Under the pieces are notes generated by a model. That model did no database searches and was not told the DNA's origin. It saw only the letters and a program-made list of their open reading frames with translations. Below are positions 8,963 to 16,301 of a stretch of DNA of 26,898 bases, piece by piece (position 1 is the stretch's first letter; each line of letters opens with the position of its first letter). Location of the stretch: the NCBI GenBank assembly GCA_038842485.1, contig JAWBSP010000016.1:1-26898 (forward strand), written 5' to 3'. Origin of the DNA: Candidatus Hadarchaeales archaeon (GTDB lineage Archaea; Hadarchaeota; Hadarchaeia; Hadarchaeales; JAWBSP01). The position numbers and the translations under genes were made by a program.

Positions 8963-10366
8963 TTAGTCAAACCTCCGTGATTTGGCGTCCTCAAAAACAT
9001 CTCCCAGATCAAAAACCAAGTAACCACTTTTCCTGAGATTTTCCTTTCCGTTTATTTTCTTCGCCACAATTCCGAAATGTTCCTCCCTGTATTTTTTGTT
9101 CAAAAACTTTAGCTTCTCCTTCAATTCCTCGATAATTCGCAGGCATTCATCCGCCGACAGTTCCCTCCACTTAAATTCAAAAAGGGCCACTCGCTTCCTC
9201 CCGTCAGCGGCCACCAGATCTATTTCGTAAGCGCTCTTCCCGGCCCTCCCCCACTGCTTGCCCATCCGGGGAAAGTCAAGCTTCTCGGCAAGAAATTCCC
9301 GGCAAACGTCTTCAAATCTCTGTGAGGTATACAGCTCGATTTCCTCCTTCATTCCCTCCGTGACGGGGACTCGGTTCCTCAGCTCGATCTCATCCCTTAG
9401 CGGATAAACAAATCTGAACCAGAAGTTGAAGAAATTGTCCCTGATCTTATAAAGGCTTTTCTTCGTCGTTGGTTTTTCCAGAACGGGGGTTTCCCTTGCT
9501 ACTATTCCCAGCTCCTCCAGGATCTTCAGGTAGTAGGGCAGATCTTTTGCCTCCATTCTCGATTTTGACGCTATCTCGCTGACCCTTGTTGCACCCTCCG
9601 CCATGGACAAAAGTATGGTCGAGAAGGTTGCTGGATCCCTCAGCTCCTCTCTCAGCAGGAATTCGCCCTCGGGGTAAAGCAACCCTTCCTTCGATAAGAA
9701 ATTCGCTTCGATGTTCTCGTAGAAAGATTTGTTGGGATCAAAAAGGTTTAAATAGAAGGGCACACCTCCAACTGCGGCGTAGATCCTTACAACATCCTCC
9801 GGACTCAACTCCCGGAAAAACTCTAGGACCTGCCTGAACTTGAAGGGATTGACCTTCCACTGTCCCGTTCTCCTTCCGTATAGTGGGGAGCGATAGCTCA
9901 GGACCCCTTTCTCCATCATGCCCACGCTCGAACCGCACAGGATCAGGAAAATGTTCGGTTTTTTCGAAAGATTCTCGTCCACAATGGACTGGAAGACCGA
10001 AGGGATCGTATCATCCTTTTCAACTAGGAACGGGAACTCATCAACGATCAGGATTAATTTCTCCTGCCCCCACCATTTTTCACAAACGTATCTAAACAGG
10101 TCCTCAAAATTTTCCGCCGCTATCTCGGGTTCGGAGAAGAAGGCTGCAATTTTCTTTCGAAATCTCAGCACGTTTGAGAGGGTCCCTCGTTTGTCGGCGA
10201 GAAAATATATCGTTGGCTTCCCCTCACTGAATTTTTTCAGGAGTTCGGTCTTTCCAACCCTCCTCCTGCCGTAAATCACGAAAAAGGAGAAGGACTTCCT
10301 GGTATATTCTTCTTCCAGAACCCTGAGCTCGGCCTCCCTATCGATAAACTTTCGAATCATAATCAT
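8963..10366 (-). CDS. Archaeal ATPase (ATPase_2/AAA) with wHTH and C-terminal DUF234 PD-(D/E)XK-like domain
   Basis: FIDREAEL, Walker A YGRRRVGKT, Walker B IVDEF, LCGSS, SPLYGRRT, GGVPFYL, DNFFNFWFRF and EIDLVA...FEFKW. The start may be at 10360 instead. Confidence 0.92.
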   Translation of the reverse strand: MIMIRKFIDREAELRVLEEEYTRKSFSFFVIYGRRRVGKTELLKKFSEGKPTIYFLADKRGTLSNVLRFRKKIAAFFSEPEIAAENFEDLFRYVCEKWWGQEKLILIVDEFPFLVEKDDTIPSVFQSIVDENLSKKPNIFLILCGSSVGMMEKGVLSYRSPLYGRRTGQWKVNPFKFRQVLEFFRELSPEDVVRIYAAVGGVPFYLNLFDPNKSFYENIEANFLSKEGLLYPEGEFLLREELRDPATFSTILLSMAEGATRVSEIASKSRMEAKDLPYYLKILEELGIVARETPVLEKPTTKKSLYKIRDNFFNFWFRFVYPLRDEIELRNRVPVTEGMKEEIELYTSQRFEDVCREFLAEKLDFPRMGKQWGRAGKSAYEIDLVAADGRKRVALFEFKWRELSADECLRIIEELKEKLKFLNKKYREEHFGIVAKKINGKENLRKSGYLVFDLGDVFEDAKSRRFD

Positions 10367-10373
10367 TATGATT
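10355..10373. promoter_or_regulatory. Palindromic operator overlapping the ATPase start codons
   Basis: Perfect 9-1-9 inverted repeat AATCATAAT-C-ATTATGATT. TTTAAA-type TATA elements lie upstream on the minus strand. Confidence 0.65.
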
Positions 10374-10491
10374 TAAATCCGAATATTTAAAAAGAGCAGG
10401 ATCTCCCCCAGTTTCCCCGAAGCCTGGGCCGGAAACAAGACCCTAACCTTACCCTCATTTCCCCCCTGGCCGTCTCGAGCCTTTACCTCGA

Positions 10492-10686
10492 TTAAACGCC
10501 AAAAACTTTCTCGCCCCCCCGAAGAGTGAGACTTCCGGACCTCGTTAAGCCCTTTGAAGTCAGTCCGGGGATGAAGATGCTGTATCCGGGGAGAAGCCTT
10601 AGGATGCGCTTGCTCGAGGGGGTCGCGATCTCAACGGTCAACCTTCTTCTCTCCTTCTTTCTGATGGGCACCACCCTTCTTACCAT
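10492..10686 (-). CDS. Small basic hypothetical protein (64 aa)
   Basis: MVRRVVPIRKKERRRLTVEIATPSSKRILRLLPGYSIFIPG.... Purine-rich AGA/AGG/AAG/GAG codons match the host's genes. The ORF is open further upstream to 10809, so the start is uncertain. Confidence 0.45.
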   Translation of the reverse strand: MVRRVVPIRKKERRRLTVEIATPSSKRILRLLPGYSIFIPGLTSKGLTRSGSLTLRGGEKVFGV

Positions 10687-10817
10687 CTCAATCTGGCCCC
10701 TATTGTTCATGCAAAGTACCGGTGAGAATCCTAGCTCGGCGCGATCTACCTCGGTGGACGGGGAACCAACTATATTGGATGGCTTACCTCTCTTCCCCAA
10801 CAAGATCAACGAGACAC

Positions 10818-11027
10818 TGTAACACGTGTTTCATTCAGTGTAAGTGTAACACGTGTTTCACCTGTCCAGACTCTAATCCCCTCCCATGTAACACGTGTTT
10901 CATTCTCCCTGTAGCATGTTTCATCTCGGTGTAACACGTGTTTCACCCACGACCTCCAATTTCTGTCCCAAGTGTAACACTGTTTCATCTCGCAGCTTCC
11001 AATCTCTCTCATGTAACACGTGTTTCA
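10818..11027. repeat. Array of 16-bp near-palindromic repeats TGTAACACGTGTTTCA with variable spacers
   Basis: Perfect copies at 10818, 10845, 10887, 10930 and 11012. Degenerate copies at 10910 (TGTAGCATGTTTCA) and 10973 (TGTAACACTGTTTCA). Spacers are 11, 26, 7, 6, 27 and 24 bp. Confidence 0.95.
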
Positions 11028-11045
11028 CCATGGGGCCCTCGATTT

Positions 11046-11291
11046 TTATTGCGCCGCTCTCCGTTGAGACTTTTGACGGACAAGGGTCGCCCGGTATAAG
11101 CCAATCCGGGTGGCTCCAGCCCTCTCAACTTCTTCGAAGAATTTGCGGGCGAACTTTCCATCCTTCGTTCTGAGAACCGACTCCGAGCTTCCGACGTATT
11201 TGCTCCGCCGCCTCCTCAGCCACCTGAGCAGCCTAACCCGGGAGGTCGAGCGCCCGGGAAAATCCCAGTCAACAATCCACCATCCGCTCAC
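11046..11291 (-). CDS. Stand-alone Cas2/VapD-like ferredoxin-fold small protein
   Basis: The pattern WWIVDWDFP-(helix RVRLLRWLRRR)-YVGSSESVLRT-(helix FARKFFEEVERAG)-RIGLYRA parallels Cas2 hhhhYDhp..RR..h.+hL+..G..hQ.SVF. Probable GTG start at 11291, with TTTAAA about 25 nt upstream. Confidence 0.6.
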   Translation of the reverse strand: MSGWWIVDWDFPGRSTSRVRLLRWLRRRRSKYVGSSESVLRTKDGKFARKFFEEVERAGATRIGLYRATLVRQKSQRRAAQ

Positions 11292-11338
11292 TCCTGATTT
11301 GATGCAAAACACAAATTTAAAGGGAAAAATTCGGCGGA

Positions 11339-11890
11339 CTACTTTACCTGTACCTTCTCCCCTTTCAGTCCGCTGCTTTTCCTCAGGACAACGTCCAGAA
11401 CACCGTTGGTGTAGGAGGCATCCACGTTCTTCGGGTCAACCTTGTCCGGGAGCTCGACCTCCTTGTAATACTTCCTCTCCCCGTGCTGGGCCGAGATGAT
11501 TAGGGTGTTCTCGGTAACCCTTAAATCTATGTCCTCCTTGTTCACCCCCGGGATTTCCGCCACAACCCTTATGATGTTGGGCGAGGGAATTACCTCCACA
11601 AATGGCTCCCTGCTCTCCGTCGGGGTTGGGACGGGCGCCGGCTTCAGATTTCCGAAAGTTCTCACCCTGGGCACGCCGTCGGGTCCGACCGTCATGGAGT
11701 AGCCGTATATAACCGGCCCAAAGCTCCTCACCACCGAGCCGTCCGGGAGCTTTCTCTCCTTGAAGAGATCCTTGGGCATGCTCTCATGCAGTTCCTTGAA
11801 GACCTCCTCGAAGGCCCTGTCCATCTCCCTGAAGATTCTGGAAAGGGACCTCCTCTTGAACGGCCACCACTCATCGAACCAGTCGTCCAT
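11339..11890 (-). CDS. hsp20: Archaeal small heat shock protein Hsp20
   Basis: GPVIYGYSMTVGPDGVPRVRTFGN, REPFVEV, VAEIPGVNKEDI and ASYTNGVLDV (alpha-crystallin domain), with a C-terminal VxV. Confidence 0.95.
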   Translation of the reverse strand: MDDWFDEWWPFKRRSLSRIFREMDRAFEEVFKELHESMPKDLFKERKLPDGSVVRSFGPVIYGYSMTVGPDGVPRVRTFGNLKPAPVPTPTESREPFVEVIPSPNIIRVVAEIPGVNKEDIDLRVTENTLIISAQHGERKYYKEVELPDKVDPKNVDASYTNGVLDVVLRKSSGLKGEKVQVK

Positions 11891-11905
11891 CTTGGAGGAG
11901 AGTGG

Positions 11906-12631
11906 TTAGATTTTTATCTTTTTCTTCAGTTCCTTCCACAGCAGATCCCCCAACCGTCTGAACTCCTTGGCCGAGGGGGAGGTGGGTCTGTACTTTATCA
12001 CCGGCACCCCCATGGCCGTCGCCTCCCTGACCTTTGGGTCCTCCGGGATTTTTGCTAGGATAGGCCAGCCCAGAATCCTCTTTATCTCAACATCGGAGAG
12101 CTCGTAAGGTTCCCCCCTCACCAAGTTCAGGACTGCCCCTAGCATGTGCGAGCCGCAGACCTCAGCCGCCTTGAAGGTCTTCAGGGTTGAGGCGACGGTC
12201 GGGGTGTCGGGGTTGGAGATGGCGATAACCTCCTCCATCACCTTCATGGCCGCCAGTGCCTCGCTCCCGATCCCGGGAGCCGTGTCGAGTATGACGAGGG
12301 AGGCTCTCTCCTTCAGCCTCTCCACGTACTCGCACATGTCGTAGGGATGGATTTCCTTCCCGTAGGCGAGGGAGCCTGGGACGATGTTTATCCCCTGCAG
12401 CTTTGTGATGGCCTTCTCGAGCGGGATCTGGTGGGCGAGAACATCGTGTATGGTGTTTTTCGGGTTCAGCTCGCCGAAGTGCATGGCAAGGTTGGGCGCC
12501 GAGAGGTTCGCGTCCACCAAGATCAGCTTGTCACCCAGTTTCTCGCTGAAGTAAACCCCCAGATTGGCTGCGAGAGTGGTTTTTCCAACCCCACCCTTGC
12601 AGGAGGCGAAACCAATGGCGATTCCCCTCAT
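11906..12631 (-). CDS. minD: MinD/ParA family ATPase (archaeal MinD-like)
   Basis: Deviant Walker A KGGVGKTT, VDANLSAPNL, ILDTAPG, GAVLN and IPEDPKVREA...GVPVI...PTSPSA. Confidence 0.88.
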   Translation of the reverse strand: MRGIAIGFASCKGGVGKTTLAANLGVYFSEKLGDKLILVDANLSAPNLAMHFGELNPKNTIHDVLAHQIPLEKAITKLQGINIVPGSLAYGKEIHPYDMCEYVERLKERASLVILDTAPGIGSEALAAMKVMEEVIAISNPDTPTVASTLKTFKAAEVCGSHMLGAVLNLVRGEPYELSDVEIKRILGWPILAKIPEDPKVREATAMGVPVIKYRPTSPSAKEFRRLGDLLWKELKKKIKI

Positions 12632-12634
12632 ATA

Positions 12635-14014
12635 CTATGTGCTGAGGGGGGATTTCAGCTTTTGGAGCAGGAGTTTCCGGATTTCCCTTGGGTCAGCCCT
12701 CCACGAAATCGCCTGGAGAACCCTCCCCACGAGGAAGTCGAGCGCCTTTTCCTCCCCCGAGAGGAAATCCTCAACCGCGACACGGTTTTCCCCCAGAACT
12801 GCGTCGATGGTGTTCCACAGCTCCTTTTCCTCCACTGGGACTAGCCGAAGCTTCTGGAGTATCTCCCTCGGTTCGTCGGGTCTCACGGCGAGTTCCCTGA
12901 GCACGAGTTCCCCCTGCTCGGGCGTTATCTCTCCCCTCGCGACCATGTTCAGGAGCTTGGAGAGTTGGGCGGGTGGACAGGGCAGTTTGGAGGCCTCCAG
13001 TCCCAGGTAGTTAAGGACCTTCTTCAGCCTCGTTCTGAACCACTGGGCGGCCAGCCTGGGGTCCACCTCCCTGCACACCTCTTCATACAGGTCGGCCAGG
13101 GCCCTCTCGCTCACGATGACCTCCGCCTCCGCCCGGGTGATTCCGTACTGTTCCATCAGCCTGCGCTCGCGTAGGTTGGGGGGCTCGGGCATACCCGCAC
13201 GGATTCGCTCCACCCTGGCGGGCTCGATGACCAGCGGAAGGATGTCAGGGTCCGGAATGTAGCGGTAATCCTCCTCCATCTCCTTCCCCCGCATGGGAAC
13301 CGTGATCATCTGGCTCTCCAGATATGCTCTTGTCTCGCGTTTCACCTCCTCCCCTCTTTCCAGCCTGCTCTTCTGCCTCAGGATCTCAAATTTGAGGGCC
13401 CGGTACACCCCGCGAATGGAATTTATATTTTTCACCTCCACCCTTCCCCCGCCTTCTAGGGAGATGTTCACGTCGGCGCGCATGGCCCCCCCTGCTTCGG
13501 GACGCACCTTTCCGGAGTACTCGAGAACCTGGGTGAGCCTCCGCAGGAACCCCCTCGCCTCCTCGGGTGATTTTATATCGGGCTCTGTCACCACCTCCAC
13601 CAGCGGCACGCCGGAGCGATTGAAGTCCACCGTTCCCGCCACTGGGTCGTACTGTCCGGGATCCTCCTCCAAGTGCAGCTCCCGTATGCGCACCCCCTCG
13701 AGCATGCCTTCGCGGGCTATGGGAAGGCTGGTGCGCTGGTAGCCACTGGGAAGGTCCGGGTAATCGTAGTGCTTCCTCTGAATGTAAATGACCTCCTCTG
13801 TGACCACCTTGCACCCGAGCATCAGGGCGAGCTCGATGGCAGCATCCACCGCGCGCTCGTTGGGCGGAAGCGGCTTGGCCCCAGGCATCCCCGTGCAGAT
13901 GGGACAGATGTTGGTGTTGGGCGGGACATCTTGGTAGTTGGTGGGGCAGTTGCAGTAGAGTTTTCTTGAGGTCGCTATTTGTTGGTGAACCTCAAACCCT
14001 ATTCTAACCTCCAT
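12635..14014 (-). CDS. gatB: Asp/Glu-tRNA amidotransferase subunit B
   Basis: IGFEVHQQ, PNTNICPICTGMPG, RKHYDYPDLP, HLEEDPG, DFNRSGVPLVEVVTEPD and DYRYIPDPD. ATG at 14014 follows GGAGG. Confidence 0.97.
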   Translation of the reverse strand: MEVRIGFEVHQQIATSRKLYCNCPTNYQDVPPNTNICPICTGMPGAKPLPPNERAVDAAIELALMLGCKVVTEEVIYIQRKHYDYPDLPSGYQRTSLPIAREGMLEGVRIRELHLEEDPGQYDPVAGTVDFNRSGVPLVEVVTEPDIKSPEEARGFLRRLTQVLEYSGKVRPEAGGAMRADVNISLEGGGRVEVKNINSIRGVYRALKFEILRQKSRLERGEEVKRETRAYLESQMITVPMRGKEMEEDYRYIPDPDILPLVIEPARVERIRAGMPEPPNLRERRLMEQYGITRAEAEVIVSERALADLYEEVCREVDPRLAAQWFRTRLKKVLNYLGLEASKLPCPPAQLSKLLNMVARGEITPEQGELVLRELAVRPDEPREILQKLRLVPVEEKELWNTIDAVLGENRVAVEDFLSGEEKALDFLVGRVLQAISWRADPREIRKLLLQKLKSPLST

Positions 14015-15377
14015 CCGCACCCTCCAGCGCCTTCATTACCCTCAGAACTGCTAATTCGTCAAGCATTTTCCCCTGTATCTGGAGGCCGACTGGAATTCCA
14101 TTCACCTCACCAGCCTTTATCACACCTGCACATATTCCCGCGAGGTTTGCCGGAACTGTGAGATAGTCGTAGGCATACATTGCGAAGACCGAGATCTTCT
14201 CGCCTAATCTGTGGGGTAGTTTGGGGACGGTTGGTCCGACTATAACATCAACCTTCTGAAGTGCAGCCTCCAACTCTCGCGAGATTAGAGTGCGAACCTG
14301 AAGTGCCCTTTGATAGTATTTTCCCTTGTATTCCTTCCTACTGATGTACTGCCCTCTGATGATTCTCCGGAGTACCTCCTCCCCGCAGACCTCCTCGATG
14401 CGTTTCCCGTACTTGCGTCCGTCGAACTTGCGAGTGGCTGAGAAGAATTCCACCGAGACGATCAGGTAATAGGCAGCCAGCGCCTTCTCAAGATTGGGCA
14501 GCTGAACCTCAACGATCTCCGCACCAAGCTCGCGCAACCTCTGGATCGAGTTTTCCACCACGCGCATAATGGCCGGGTCGGTGAGCTCGGCGAACTTCGG
14601 GCTCACACCAATTCGCATACCCTTAATCCCACCGTCCAGCCTGTTGGTGTACTCGACGTGCTCCACATCCAGCATCACGCACTCGTTGGGGTTCTTCCCG
14701 GCAATGGTCTCCAGCAGGAGGGCGGCCCCGTATACATCCGGCGAGAGTGGACCAATCTGGTCAAGGCTCATGCCCAAATCGATGAGCCCCTGCCTCGGGA
14801 CCAGCCCGTACGTGGGTTTGAGCCCCACTATTCCGCAGTGGCTTGCGGGATTCCGGATGGATCCCCCCGTGTCCGTGCCCAGCGCTAGATCGCACATTCC
14901 CGCCGCAACAGCCGCTGCACTTCCAGAGCTCGAGCCCCCCGGAATGCGTCCGGGGCAGGCCGGGTTGTCGGTGGGACCGAAGGCACTCGTCTCTCCGCTC
15001 GAGCCGCAGGCGAACTCGTCCATGTTGGTCATCCCCAAGATGAGGCCATCCTCCGCCTTGATCCTCCTGACGACCTCGGCATCGTAGGGGGCAATGTAGT
15101 TCTCTAGGGTGCGTGAGGCGCAGGTGGTCCTCAGCCCCAGGACATTTATGTTCGACTTGATCCCGATGATCAGACCCGCGAGCCTGCCGATCCTCTCTCC
15201 GGACTTTATTTTTCTGTCAAGGGCCCTGGCCTGCTCGAGGAGGTCTGGGTTAAGCTCTATGAAAGCGTTGATTTGCTTGTCCAGTTTTTCCACCTGTTGC
15301 AGGGCGCGCTCCGCCCTTTCGGAGGGAAGGATTTCCCCTCTCCGGATTTCTTCAATCTTCCGTCTTGTCACTTCCAT
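14004..15377 (-). CDS. gatA: Asp/Glu-tRNA amidotransferase subunit A
   Basis: Amidase signature: NMDEFACGSSGE, PGGSSSGSAAAV and GTDTGGSIRNPASHCG. Confidence 0.97.
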   Translation of the reverse strand: MEVTRRKIEEIRRGEILPSERAERALQQVEKLDKQINAFIELNPDLLEQARALDRKIKSGERIGRLAGLIIGIKSNINVLGLRTTCASRTLENYIAPYDAEVVRRIKAEDGLILGMTNMDEFACGSSGETSAFGPTDNPACPGRIPGGSSSGSAAAVAAGMCDLALGTDTGGSIRNPASHCGIVGLKPTYGLVPRQGLIDLGMSLDQIGPLSPDVYGAALLLETIAGKNPNECVMLDVEHVEYTNRLDGGIKGMRIGVSPKFAELTDPAIMRVVENSIQRLRELGAEIVEVQLPNLEKALAAYYLIVSVEFFSATRKFDGRKYGKRIEEVCGEEVLRRIIRGQYISRKEYKGKYYQRALQVRTLISRELEAALQKVDVIVGPTVPKLPHRLGEKISVFAMYAYDYLTVPANLAGICAGVIKAGEVNGIPVGLQIQGKMLDELAVLRVMKALEGADGG

Positions 15378-15610
15378 TTGGCTACCTCCACCCTCAACCC
15401 CCCCTGCTCGTCGGTGCTGGGGGCGATCTTTAGGAAGCCCTCTCTGAAGCGAGCCCTCTCCTCCTCATCTGTGGGCTCCCCGTCAGGCCTGAGGATGTTG
15501 TGGAGCTTGGTGGCGTAATACGTTTCCTCCACCTTGGGCAGATCCTCGGTAACCTTCACAAAGGTTTCTATGATTTCCTCCGCACTCTTCTCGATCTCCT
15601 CCTTTCTCAT
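15368..15610 (-). CDS. gatC: Asp/Glu-tRNA amidotransferase subunit C
   Basis: 80-aa protein overlapping the gatA start, with ...NILRPD...FLKIAP...GGLRVE pattern. ATG at 15610 preferred over the longer GTG ORF. Confidence 0.8.
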   Translation of the reverse strand: MRKEEIEKSAEEIIETFVKVTEDLPKVEETYYATKLHNILRPDGEPTDEEERARFREGFLKIAPSTDEQGGLRVEVAKWK

Positions 15611-15791
15611 CCCCTTTTGAGGAGGCGGACTTATTTTCGTTCGGGATCGAATCGTGAATCCCAATTTTGGCACGCTCGAAGGTTGATTCTCAATGGACCA
15701 ATGCTCTACTACAGGCCTTCGTGGGGCGAGGTTGATCTATTTTACAATAAGATGTCCGCCGCGGAAGTCAGAAAGGGACAGATGGCACATA

Positions 15792-16166
15792 TCATTTTCC
15801 CAGCAACTTCAGCATTCTCAGCTCTATTCGATCTTTTATCCTTTCCGGGTTTTCCCCTCCCTTAACGAGGGAGATGTAGTCCCGTAGATCCTCGAGGAGC
15901 ACCTCCGCAACCTCTGGGTCCAAAACCCCACAGTAAATCCCCAGTTCAATGGTGTAAAAGGAGCGCAGAACGGCATCCTTCCCCTTCTTCCACCTCTTCC
16001 AGGCCCCCGCCCTCTGAATGCCGAGTTTGGCGGCTATTTCTTCAAAGGTGGTCCCGGGCTTCCAGTAGTAGAGGAGGAGGGCTAACAGATTCTCGCGGGA
16101 AAGGTGCGAGTTGTTGAGCAATATTTTGGCCAGCCTGTTCTTTTCCAACCATTTCTCCGCCTCCAC
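15792..16166 (-). CDS. HTH-containing hypothetical protein (sigma-70 region 4-like)
   Basis: TFEEIAAKLGIQRAGAWKRWKK helix-turn-helix. GTG start with a minus-strand ATTTATAG TATA box upstream. Confidence 0.7.
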   Translation of the reverse strand: MEAEKWLEKNRLAKILLNNSHLSRENLLALLLYYWKPGTTFEEIAAKLGIQRAGAWKRWKKGKDAVLRSFYTIELGIYCGVLDPEVAEVLLEDLRDYISLVKGGENPERIKDRIELRMLKLLGK

Positions 16167-16191
16167 TTTTCTCTCTCCTTCGGGCTATAAA

Positions 16192-16212
16192 TGTTTCCCG
16201 TTTTTGGAAACA
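16192..16212. promoter_or_regulatory. Inverted repeat next to the TATA box of the HTH gene
   Basis: TGTTTCC-N7-GGAAACA, adjacent to the minus-strand TATA/BRE. Confidence 0.45.
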
Positions 16213-16248
16213 AAATTCTCCCGATTCGGTTCTGAGATGCTCACAGGA

Positions 16249-16280
16249 CCGGGCCGGGCCGATGACTTGGCCTCGGCCGG
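16249..16280. other. GC-rich intergenic stem-loop (structured RNA or terminator candidate)
   Basis: CCGGGCCGGGCCGA-TGAC-TTGGCCTCGGCCGG folds into a stem of about 13 bp with two single-base bulges. It lies downstream of top6A. Confidence 0.4.
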
Positions 16281-16301
16281 ACTCGATTCTGCACCCGGAG
16301 G

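Noticed and set aside
10818-11027. Canonical CRISPR array
   Set aside because: The repeat is only 16 bp, spacers are 6-27 bp and mutually similar, and there is no cas1, effector gene or AT-rich leader in the window.
10722-11173. Plus-strand Cys-rich ORFs with repeated CNTCF (CxxC) motifs, and a minus-strand ETRVT-repeat ORF
   Set aside because: These are translations of the DNA palindrome. Repeat spacing breaks frame (43-bp steps, 1-2 nt deletions), so selection appears to act at the nucleic-acid level.
16221-16301. tRNA or intron-containing tRNA (CAGG...TCGATTCTG resembles a T-arm)
   Set aside because: No acceptor stem, D-arm or anticodon arm can be built.
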